DNA of 63,990 bases, counting the filler, from Hyphochytrium catenoides (lineage: Eukaryota; Protista; Hyphochytriomycota), in assembly GCA_900088475.1 (NCBI GenBank). It is 14 parts of 14 records of this genome, joined end to end, with 100 filler letters (N's around TTAATTAATTAA, not from the genome) between each part and the next. Parts side by side here need not be neighbours in the genome. Positions count along the whole stretch, not along the records: positions 9,503 to 20,179 come from FLMG01000853.1; positions 20,280 to 22,648 come from FLMG01000125.1; positions 22,749 to 32,954 come from FLMG01001273.1; 11 more parts are not named here. The stretch is one strand, 5' to 3'. The translations under genes and the position numbers were made by a program. The notes below the pieces were generated by a model, which saw nothing but the letters and a program-made list of their open reading frames with translations, made no database searches and was not told the DNA's origin. Below, in pieces: positions 11,866 through 22,987 of the stretch; within the stretch, counting starts at the first letter, position 1, and the number at the start of each line of letters is the position of its first letter.

Positions 11866-12928
11866 TCAACTTTCTGTCACGCCGGGCATCCGGAAATAGT
11901 CCGAAAAGGATGAAGCACAACGCATGTTTGGGCACGGTTGGGTGGTGGTAGGCTTCGAGGAAGTGCCGATTAGAACTACTGCAGGGATATACCTTGCTGT
12001 CGCCTCCAAAATGTGCTGATGCCCTGCAGCATCGGAGACGATGACCAGTATTGGAATAAACAACACAGTGAGTTCAGCTGTTTAATAAAGGCTGACAAGA
12101 GCAACAGGCTTACCATCAATATGGAGATTCGGCTCCAGCTGTCTAATAAAAGCGATTTTGCCAACGTCAGTGGTGCAAAAGAGAACTCTCTGCACGTTCA
12201 AGGGTTAAGAGAACGGCTTAGCTCCGATCGGACGGCTCCTGTCGTCTTAGTCTAAGCGGAAGGCACTTACATGAGCAGGTATCAGAGTAGTCAAGCCCAA
12301 CTTTGGACTGGCATCCGGAATGTTGGCTGCCTCAGCACCCTTATCCTGTGTAGCTAAACTCTCCAACAGCTTGCATTTGACTTCTGTCAGATCCGTAGCA
12401 GAGCTTAGGCTGTAGATTAGAAAAACATCTGCCACAACTGCCAGGTCTGTTAGGAGGCCCATAGCAGCTGGTGGCGGAGTGAACGATCCCTCTTCATAGA
12501 TTACCTGACCACAGACGTCGGATTATGTTAGCGCAATGCACTGAGTGAGCAGCTGTGCTAACGGAAGATGCGACACATACGTACAGAATTGACCGAGATC
12601 GTGACTATGGGTCTGGAATACCCAGCCTTGACTGGGATAAGAGCTCGAAAGTACGCCTGCCTCTTAGTCAGAGGCACTTTAGAAACAGGTGTTCGTCCAG
12701 GCCCTTTTGATGCACCGCCACTGGGTCTCTCCAGCCTCCGACTTACGGCCTGAGCGCCAATGTGAGGCCAAGTTCAAAGTGGTGGAAATAAGGCAACTAT
12801 CAGCATACCTGCCCGGAGGTCGCCGGGCTGCCCTGAAGAAACCATACTGACAAAAATGCCACAATGACAGCGAGAACGATAACTTGAATAGGCAGTTGCG
12901 CTATGGTTGATGCTAGGTAGCCCGCCAT
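11866..12928 (-). CDS. PEX22: Peroxin 22, plant-type
   Basis: N-terminal TM (IQVIVLAVIVAFLSVWFL), then VTISVNS|VIYEE, LLTDLAVVADVFLI, and exon RVLFCTTDVGKIAFIRQLEPNLHID, matching plant PEX22 KVLFCSTEIGRTSFVRQLEPDWHID; continues ATARYIP. Confidence 0.8.
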
Positions 12929-13758
12929 TCCTAGTTGCTGAGTGATCCCATTAGGGAAGCTGCAGCTCGGCTCAGCGAGAGAGAGGAGATAAGCCTAAGC
13001 ATGTGGAGTCGCAGACAACAGTTTATCTATTAGCCCTCTAGTCATGTCAAGCTGTCTTTATTTACTTACCTACAGGTGAAATAAAGTGTCTGAGAGTCTG
13101 GCAGCACCTTCGAGCCTCCAAGACAGAGATTGCCAATTGCCGAAGCTTCAGAATAGGATCCGCTAACGCCAATAACACCAGATGAAGTTCTTGTGCTGTT
13201 GTGCAGTTTGGAAGTGAGCTCATCCTTTCATCTTTCATCCCTTATCATCGCCCAAAGACTTCTTGAACTGGAAAGACGCTGGAACACGTAGATGCAACAT
13301 ACCCTTCTTACCTATTGTTCTTTGACAGCGCCCTCCTCCGACAACGCTTACCCTGAAGTCTCACCCCCTAGGATCAGACCGGCTCAGTGCATCCAAAGAT
13401 CGGTGGGATCCAGCGAGAGAGCTACCAAAAGTCGCGTTGATCCAGCCGTTCGCTCAAGGGGAGCATATTGTAAAGTAGACCAGGTGTGTTCTCACAGGAC
13501 AGCGTCATATTACTCTCTAAGTTACGGCCAACTCTTGCTCCCCATTCTTGAGATTATGCCAACCTTATCACTTGGGAGTATGAGTGGACGCTCATGGCTC
13601 TCAAGCTGCTGCTTACTATATAGAGCCAACCGCTACCCGTCATTACTTGGAAAGACTGTTTCAGGCATACGTCGTTGGTAGCCATATGACAAAACATAGT
13701 TGGAGCTTTTAGGTTAAACCGTCTAGGGACAGCTTCTTGCTGTCTGAGACGACCCTTG

Positions 13759-15055
13759 CTATAAAGTAATTCTTGCGCCTTCCTGCACATGTGATGCCTC
13801 TCTCCCCTCAGCTGCAGCCTTCCGCTGGAGATTTGCCATCAGAAAGTAGAAGGAGTCCCGTCTTGCGCTTTTGAGACGCTCCTTACGTGATTTGTAGGTT
13901 TGAGGTACCCCTGGTGCCGCTGATCTCTGGCTGTGAGGAGGCTCTTGCTCCAGAATGCTGGCAAGTGTCGCTATGTACTCACTCTTAGGAACTCCCATTG
14001 TTTTGCTTTCTTGAGCCTCGACGCGAAGGGCAAGCACCATAAAGAACATTGCACTCAGAAGTATGAGCGTCCATACGCTGATTGGGTCGTCCAGGGACAG
14101 TCACACAAATTGTTTAGCTTGGCATCTATGCCCTACAGACTCAGGTACTTACTGGACATTACGCGGTAGGGACCGTCTGGCTAGCTCCATATGACCTCGA
14201 CCCCCAAGCAAGAGTCCTGCGAGCCCAGTAACCCAGCTGCCCAAGACTTGATGAAAGAAACGAGCTCCACAGTAGAGTCGTGTGATTGCAACTAGTGCGA
14301 TGAGTGTCAGGACCGTCAAGGTCCCAGGGATCGATCTAAAGGTGAAAATGATGGGGAGGAAGACCACCACGGACATATGACACTCCACGGATGGGAAGCC
14401 CCAAGAAGAACGCTTGGTTCGGACAAAGGATACCAGCCTTGAGTCATAGTCATACGGCCGCAAGGTCTGCGTAATATACTATAGGGTGATAAAGCAGAGA
14501 CCCATGCCTGTCAGCATATGAGACCTCCTGCCGGGACCTTCGTACGTTTACCTGTAAGAGCATTACCGCTAGAAGATTTCCAGCACAGATCCAGAAGTAG
14601 GGAAAGCCCAAGTCTAGAATAACAGCGAAGAAGCCGAACCTATGGCAAGACATTCAATACTTCTTCGGTTAGACAGATTTCATGTCAGGGCTCTACTTGA
14701 CTTACCAGTTGACAAGAGAGATGTCTTGCATTGGATTGGAAGACGTCACAAGATCTAGGGCTGCATATAGCGCGGGGAATTTCTGTGGAGCAAGACCAGG
14801 GGTTGGCGCTTTGATGGTGGCTGCAGGCAACAGTCTTCCTTACCTCTCTCAGTCTAATCAAGAGCCATATGTAGTGTAACTCGTGCTAAGGTATGAAGGG
14901 CGGGCATGCCGTTAGATGGAGAGAGAAGTGAGGAATCCCGCATATGATGGACTTACCTTTACAAGGCTCACAAAGGCGTAGTCTAGAACTGACTCCTCGG
15001 CTTCCCGCTTGCCCTTTCTGAGGCCTTGGCCTTTTGCTTTTTGGGCCGTTGGCAT
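13759..15055 (-). CDS. PAP2/haloperoxidase-superfamily membrane protein with degenerate catalytic motifs
   Basis: Spliced TM protein with QYITQTLRP (C1-like), WGFPSVECH (C2-like) and TRLYCGARFFHQVLGSW (C3-like). Start codon uncertain. Confidence 0.75.
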
Positions 15056-15577
15056 GTGTCCAATTTGCGGTTTAGATACGATGGCTAGGGATGGTGGAAC
15101 AGCCGACAAGGGTGAAGTACTCAGAAGTGTAGTCTGTGGCTAACGGAGATAAGTCGGGCCGGAGGTGAGTGACAGATCCTTCCTCCAGGAAGCCAATATC
15201 ACCTATTTATTCCAGATCCTAAAGAGACCGGACCTATGCTAGTATGCTTCACCCTTGTTTAGGGTTTAAGGAAGCACTGGAAGCCTAGTATTGAACCTTG
15301 TTCCCCGCATCGATATCGTGACTCTTAAATCGAGTGCCAGGGGGGTAGGGTGTGTGCTTCAACCTTGCTTGTCAACGAATCAGCTATTCAGGCTAATCCC
15401 TAATACACTAGCTGTCTTGTGCACAATATTAGGCCAAGGAGTGCCGCAGACACAAGACTGATGTCGAGCTTATGATGGCATTGGAAGTAGGAGGAGTGTG
15501 TAACAATCGTGGTTCCTGATGTCTCTGGCTAGCAAGTCAAACAGTCTTAAAATATCGATTAGCCTAGAAAACCCATT

Positions 15578-16452
15578 GTGACGAAGCACATAGTTGCAGA
15601 GGGAAGGAAGCTTCACCAGACTTCTGACCTCAGAATCTGGACTCCAGCCTTCAGACCTCGGAAGTCTGATTTTCAGAGCTCCGCCGACAGTAGAAACAAT
15701 GCTCTGCCCTCATACGGCTCTTCAGACTTCAACATCCCTATGGTGTACAGCCGCAGGTTTGTGAACAGAGCCTTACAACAACATCGCTTGAGAGGCCTTC
15801 ATCAGTACTCCTCCAGTAACAGAAGCGTTATGGATCTTTCCCCTTCAATCTTCAACCAGCAAGAACGCTCACCCCACCCCGGCGCACCCCACCTCCAGGC
15901 AAAAATGGAGTATCTGTCATCTGTACGGACTTGATGTAATTTATAACAGAATGGATAGCGCCGGATCCGAAATATAGAGTCCGCGTATCTCTAGGAAACA
16001 TCTCTCTCTGTGGAGTCTTTGATCAGTAGTCAGCCTTGTTCTGAGGGATCGCGCAGCAGCGTCAGAACTCAACAATCCGCCTCTCAAGCAAACCAGAAAG
16101 ATCCAACACTATCTTCAAACCTCTGCGGAGCGGCCTAACAATAGCAGCAACAAGAAGCTCAGAATCTGCAGTGTACAGAGCCATAAAAGCCAGAGCCATG
16201 TCCGAGGGAGAGCGATTTATGAGGATAAGTGAGGCGGAGTGCCTGGTTCTAGCACGGAAGCTCGGCGAGGCTAAAAAGGATCTTCTTCCTGCTGCTTGCA
16301 AGCTGATTATCGCCAAGACCGCAGACATTGATGAGCGCCTGGCTCAAATTGACCCAACAAGAGCCAAACTGCAAAGAAAGATGTCAACCCATGAACTTGT
16401 GATGAAGGCCATCGAAGAAGAAAAGAACCTACGCCAGCAGGGGAAGATCTAA
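15578..16452 (+). CDS. Hypothetical protein with C-terminal helical/coiled-coil segment
   Basis: Open frames 15578-15920 and ~16030-16452 have protein-like composition (RAMSEGERFMRISEAECLVLARKL..MKAIEEEKNLRQQGKI*). No recognised family; splicing not resolved. Confidence 0.3.
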
Positions 16453-16640
16453 AGGACCATGACGGACCCCTTCACAGGGAAAGGAATCCAAGATCCAATT
16501 CCACGTCAAGGCTATCGCCGGTGCCCAAATTTCGCCTCACATCGCCACATTGATTAAGTTGTGTGCAGAGATTATACTGAAGTTATTGCTTTTGTTATCT
16601 TTATCAATGGTACCATTAGTCATCTTTGTTGGTTGAACTT

Positions 16641-18022
16641 TCACTCATCTCTCTTAGCTAGTGTTCTAGTAGTAGATCTCACGCGGCAGGCATACCAGAC
16701 TCTGAGGAGAAAGACGGCTAGAACGGCTATAATGATGCCTTGAATCATCACGTGCTCACTGGGCAGGTGGCAAGTAGACAGCTCGACTATGCCGTTTTCA
16801 ATTGTCATCAATCCAAAGGAGGGATCCGGTCGCTGTCCCCAAGAGAATGTAGGGATAGTATATTCGGGTATAATCCCCGAAGGGTTGGCCGCCTCACTCA
16901 CTTTATGCCCATATCGGCACACGGCATGGGTATGACCGCTAAGCACAACGTCCGGCCGCAAAGTCTTCAGTAGTCGGTCCGATGCTGCTTCAGAAAGGAC
17001 ATGCCATCCCTCCAAATACCTAAATGCGGGGTGTTCATATGTCACATGTCCGCCTTCCTGGATCCTAACTGGTCCACAATCCAGATCATGAGGCCGATAC
17101 AGGGGGATATGGCTCATAAGAACTCGTGGACGAGGGGGTAGAGCTTTCCCTAAGGAATCGACAAAGCTAAAAAATCACGCTTAAGCACGGTCTAGTGTTC
17201 TTATTGGGCAAGAACTTACCTCCACATCTCGTCGGTCAGACGGTGATCATGGGCGGTTGCTCTGTCTGCGACAAGGCTATTGATCCGAATGAAGGATATA
17301 TTTGATACGAGGGCTTGGAAGTTGGCTGGCCCAAAATGTGCTTCATAACGATGAAGAACCCCGCGGCGGAGATGTTGTCCGAACTCTGTGTCATGATTAC
17401 CGATTACATTGAGCACTTGACCTCGGTCAGCCCATTCTGAAGTCTCTTTTTGCCACCAATGCATGTATTCCTAGGGAGACGGAACGCAGAGGATGGCACA
17501 CCCAGTGAGCTCTGATTATTGGGGGGGAAGTGATAGCCATTTGGCGGGTAGAACCTGGTGCAGAGCATCACTAGTCGCCTCGCCTCCTTCGTCTACTTGG
17601 TCACCCAGAAAGATAGCAGCATCAAACTGGAGCAAACGTCTGATCACTGCCATTGATTGGCTTATCTAAGCACAGACACGTAAGCTAAGATCTTGACACG
17701 CCAAATAACCACAGGCCCTATTCTCTACAACGCGCACCTGACGGTTGACCCAGGTCCGCGTAATCCAGTCCTTCTTCCTACGACCGAGCATATGAACATC
17801 GCTGAGCACAATAATCCTCGCTTTTCTCTCTTTATTAGCACCATTGGTGTCTATTGTTTCGGCCAGAGACTTCGAGCGCTGTTCAGTACTCCCAATGGCT
17901 AGAAATGAGCATTGTCTAAGCTGCAGAGTGTACACTGCCTGTTCTACCGCCAGAAGGGCCAACACCGCGAGGGCGAGCGAGAATACCACTTCCGTGGCAG
18001 CCCTCCCGATGGTAAGACTCAT
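16641..18022 (-). CDS. MPPE1: Metallophosphoesterase 1 (PGAP5/Cdc1-like, GPI remodelling)
   Basis: N-terminal TM; calcineurin-like motifs SDVH, FLGDQVDEG, IGNHD, SHIPLYR and LSGHTH; EYTIPTFSW; C-terminal TM and basic tail AKRDE*. Three short GT-AG introns. Confidence 0.9.
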
Positions 18023-18771
18023 ATGTCAGTGACCGCGCGTGCATTAGACAAGGGTCCCTTAGAAGGGGTGGAAACCGAGGTCTCTTGTGGAAGAAGCTCC
18101 ATCCATAGTTTCAGTCTGGGGCAACATTGGCTTACAAAGTAGCAGCAAGCTCATCCGGAGAATGCAACTATTCCTGAAGTGTCCTTGCCGTGCTTGCTCA
18201 ATGATCAACAACAAACCTCCCGACCAAACTGCTTTTGATGAAGTCTGAAGAGAGCAAGGAAACAACTTAGTGGAGTAAAGCGGCTTTCCTTGGGTCACAG
18301 GGAATCTTCAAACCCTGGCGTGTAGCTCTACATATTAACCACTGGGGTTAGCGGGTAGATAGGTATGACTCATAGTACGGGGATACTCGAAATATGCGAC
18401 AAATAAAGGAGTGATTTGAAGCTCCAGCTCCTCCTCCGTGTTCTCTTGTTGCATGTTTTATGATCTTTCATCAGTCATAGTTTTTCCTGAGTTCATGACG
18501 CCGCTTCGATTGGCGCTGAGTCTATCTCAGCAGTATCGTTCACTTATGAGAAGCCATGAAGCTTCTGCGGAGATAAAACCAAGTCTTAGGCAACAGTAAA
18601 AAGGCCTAAGAGCTGGTGTATGGTGCGGTAGATGACCCATCAGGAGTTAACAGGACTTTCATTAGCTGGGTACTTTTGACCCAGGAAAGAGGTCAATAAA
18701 GAAAGGGAAAAGCGTCTCAAGGTGTGAGCCTTGAGAATGTCCTTCGTCATCAATCTCCGAGAGATGCAACC

Positions 18772-20057
18772 ATGAGCCTTACCCAGCTCAAAGGAAAAGC
18801 TCTCGGCAGGCTGGAGCTTTTGGACTGGCTGAACAAGTTCTTGGAGACTGATTATACGAAGGTAAAGCATAGCATAACCTGCGGGTCCTGACTGCTATTT
18901 CAGTCGCAGGCATTGATTGCATCTGTGCTCATCTCCTAGATTGAACACCTTGCCGATGGCGTTGCATATTGCCAGATCTTTGATGCAATTTATCCGGGAA
19001 AGGTGAAGGGTGGAAGTGTTTCTTGATGGTTGCCCTTCGCCCACGCATGACTCTAAACTCGTTAAGGTGCCTCTTCATCGCTTGGATTTGAGCAGCAGAA
19101 GTCGACTGAATGCTGAGAGGAATCTCAGGATGCTGGAAAGGGTGTTTCTCCAGCTTGGCATTCGCAAGGTGACGTGCTCTCTTCTGTGTCCTCCCTCTTT
19201 GGCAAAGATCCTTCAAATGACAAAGGCTGCAACTTATAGGAGATACCCATCCCTGGGCTTGTGAGTGGCAAATTTCAGGATAATTACAACTTCTTGCTGT
19301 GGTGCTACCTTCACGTACAACGCAACTGTCCTGACGCGGTAAAAAGCTACAGAGCCTATGAGCGACGGCGCTCTATTGCAGAGAACCGCTCGAGAAGGCA
19401 GGAGCTACAGCACACACTACTGGCGGAGGGAAATGTGAATCTTATTCCTCGTGTAGCACCCAAGTCCATGGTATATTGCTCCTAGGATACGTGGTCTAAA
19501 GGTGCATGCTCACGTGCTATGAAGCCAGAGGTTATCGTCGTTGGGCCCACAGGCAACTTACAGTCAAGTTTGGAGCCACCGCATGAGTCGATCATGGCCA
19601 ACGCTGCGGCCATCAGTATAGCCGAGTCGACTGAAGGTTCTGACCTGCGACCATGTCTTGATATAAGGTAGCCTTGCACGTGGGTTCCCTTGGAATCGAC
19701 CTTGTCCTCTAACCCTAAGTCTGTTGAAAGGAAGGAGACTGAAGAGCTGTGGCTGCGAGCTGCTTGTAGGGCGAGATTATCCGTTGAAATCACGAGTTCC
19801 TTGTGTAGAGGTAATGCCTCAGCCCCTAGCGCTAAGATGCTCCCTTGAGCAAGCACGGGAACGACGTTTCCATAAGAAGTGCCCTCCTTGCCTCGTTACT
19901 AATATATGTGGTGCTGTTAGATGCTACACTGAGCAGTGACGTAGCTAAGAGCCATCAAGAACGATTGAAGACCGACCTCAATGAACTGGTACCGCTTCTC
20001 TGCATCCCGCCCTTAAAATATAAGTTCAACTTACTGGTAGATTACACTTCCTCTTGA
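18772..20057 (+). CDS. EB1/MAPRE-family calponin-homology protein (divergent; 3' end uncertain)
   Basis: Spliced GRLELLDWLNKFLETDYTK|IEHLADGVAYCQIFDAIYPGK|VPLHRL..ERNLRMLERVFLQLGIRK|EIPIPGLVSGKFQDNYNFLLW is the EB1 CH domain. Confidence 0.85.
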
Positions 20058-20279
20058 AAGCTCGTGTCTCTTGACGCAAGCCTGAAGCTTAGAATATCCA
20101 CCGAGGTAAGCCAAATGGGGTTGCCACAGCCCCTACGCTATAGTAAGTGCCATGTATAGAGTTCCCGGGAAGCGGCATTNNNNNNNNNNNNNNNNNNNNN
20201 NNNNNNNNNNNNNNNNNNNNNNNTTAATTAATTAANNNNNNNNNNNNNNNNNNNNNNNNNNNNNNNNNNNNNNNNNNNN

Positions 20280-22648
20280 GGCACACAAGACCATCATAAC
20301 TCTCCAGTAGGCGAGCAAGAGAAAGGGTACTTTTGAAGATGCTTTATTAAATTATCAGCGCATTTGTTCCGGCACGCCGTGGCTGCCACTGAACGCTTAG
20401 CGTTGGGTCATAACCTCCGCTCGCTTCTGGATGCTGCGGCACTTGTTGGTGCTGACGCCTCAGCAGCGGACTCTGGGGTCCTGGACAATTTGGGTCAATC
20501 ATCAATGCTGGTAAGTGATACCAGGCTGGCCTAATCCTGGAAAAGATCTGGCACCTATTTCGGCAACTAGGCCTAATCAGGAGGTTGAGGCTGGCATTTA
20601 GAATGGCAGCTAAGCTGGCGCTGCTAGGACTATGGCCAATCACGAAAGGTTAGCCTGGGACCAAGCTACCGCGGTAAGTCGGCTGCCACTGGGACTGACA
20701 CATAGGTTGCCAACTAGGTAGGCAATTAGATTTAGGCGACATATCGGGGGATGTTAGGTCTTCCTGGCGCCGTTAGGCGATGGGCTGACCTCGCTCCTCA
20801 GTCTCAGATTTGCTCGGTCAGCCTCAGCCTTTGGTGCCTGCCCAGAACCTAGACATAGTGGCAATAGAGAGGGCAGGCACAGCTGACTACACCCATGCAG
20901 CGCAGTAGAAATATTGAGCACCTTCGCGCTTTCGCTGCTTACTGGAGACGATATGGTTCCAACGAGATGCCCAGGACAGCAACACAAAGGCTACCACCCT
21001 TTGGGAGCTCAGCGCAGGTCTCTGGCTTCAACACTTCTTCCACGCGCGGGATATCCCTCTCACCCCGGGATTCGCTCTCCTAGGACAGGGCCTTAGCCGT
21101 GAATCCGCTCCCACTACTCAGAAGCAGCCCGTAGCCGTGCCCTCACTATTCTGGGCCTACTTCTTCCTCCTCATTAGAAGGTCGAAGTACTGCCTCATGG
21201 GGGCCGAGACCCAGACACTTCGGCGAGATTGGTAGGGCCCAAACAGGCAGGAGGCTCTCCAAATACCACTCTCGAACATTCGCTAGGCCAAGTGCCCACA
21301 TAACCCACTGCTACGGACCTAATCTCTGTCCCCCAAGAACCTCCTCCAGCTTGACCCAGCTATGCGGCAACGAGAGCTCCCAGGCTAGTTTTGGCAAGCG
21401 CCAGTTTGGTGCCCCCAGCCAGAGGCTTGTCATAAACTGCATGCTCTATCACGTCATCCAGGTGAGCAGAAGGTAACTCAGTACTCTGATAATAATCTTT
21501 GCTGAAAACTACGCCGGATACAGCTAGCCTGACAAATAGACTGGAACATACGTGGGCACCTAGGCGTCGACACCAAGAGCAAGAACCAAGTGGCCTCCGA
21601 AGCCAGTACCTAAGGCTGGCATTTAGGCTGGCCCTAAGGCTGGGAATTGGCACATACCTAGCAGGTTAGCACCAGGTGTGGCCTGCCAGCCTGGATGACA
21701 AATTACGCTGACAACTAAAGCTGGTAGTGAGTATGACAGGTAGTTGTCTTCCACGTAATACTGCTCTGAGGCTTGGCATCTTCTAAGCTGCTACATGCCG
21801 CTTAGTATTAGGGTTTATAACCTAAGCAAGATAGCAACTAAGTGTGGTCTTAAGGGTGGCACCTGGGCCGACACCGAGGGAAGTTGACGCTAATAGACCG
21901 AGGACCGAGGGCAGAAGATCAGCAATAATGCTGGTACTTAACTATTACGTTGGCCCAAAGACCAGAGCTAAGAACAGACTGGCACCTCCAATATTTATCT
22001 AGGCAGCCACCTATCCTCCTGGCGCCGGGGCTGATACCAAGGAGGCCAATTAAGCTATATCTGCGACTGCCGGGATCTGAGGTGCTGGACACCTTGGGGT
22101 GGTATCTAAGCGGGCAATAACTGATGGCACCACGCCATGCAATCAGGTGGCCTCCTAGGCTAATCCCTATTTGCCCTAGTACCGAGATTGAGACGTACGC
22201 TGCAAGTTCGACTAATACTTACTAAGGCTGGCAGCTAGACTGGCATCAAAACCAACTCCAAGGCGTATACATCTTGACACCGACAATGGTCTTTTCCGGC
22301 CTACAGCTGCCATTTGAGGCCGACAACTCTAAGTTGCGGCACTCATTGGCTGGCACCTACGCTCGCACGTCGTAGGCTGGCATTGAGAGTGGTACTTAGG
22401 CTGCACCACCTCCACTGGCCACCATGACTAGCGCTAAGTAGGAGGCCTATAGCAAGTAGAACAACACGTAAGAGTTTGCACCTAATCTGGAAGCGTAGGC
22501 TAGTAGTATCGAGGCTAATATCTAGGCTCCACCTCACGGCTGTTACCACAATGACGGGCGCTAAGGAGGGGCCCTTCTGACAACTAGTCCAACACGCAGG
22601 AGTGTGCACCTCACCTGGACCCGTATCTTAGCACTTAGATGGGTTGTT
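20280..22648. repeat. Highly degenerate 12-bp-period repeat region, no intact gene
   Basis: Units resembling AYYNAGGCTGGC recur at ~20585-20620, 20690-20730, 21610-21645, 21860-21880, 22020-22055, 22220-22250, 22372-22405 and 22495-22530. Confidence 0.55.
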
Positions 22649-22748
22649 NNNNNNNNNNNNNNNNNNNNNNNNNNNNNNNNNNNNNNNNNNNNTTAATTAA
22701 TTAANNNNNNNNNNNNNNNNNNNNNNNNNNNNNNNNNNNNNNNNNNNN

Positions 22749-22955
22749 AACCATCATTCCCGTGTAGTGGCTCACCATGCGACTCACGCGAGCAATCTGA
22801 TCAGAAGGGCAGACCGATCAGAACCTGCCCTAGTCTCCACTTGAAACTTGTTCTTGCCGATCTTTCCTTCTATCTCTGTCCCATCCCTCCTCCCGGTCTT
22901 GCCTGCCTCTAGACACTAACGCTCTTTTCATCACAAGCAGTCACTCATTCCCTGA

Positions 22956-22987
<32 letters not shown>

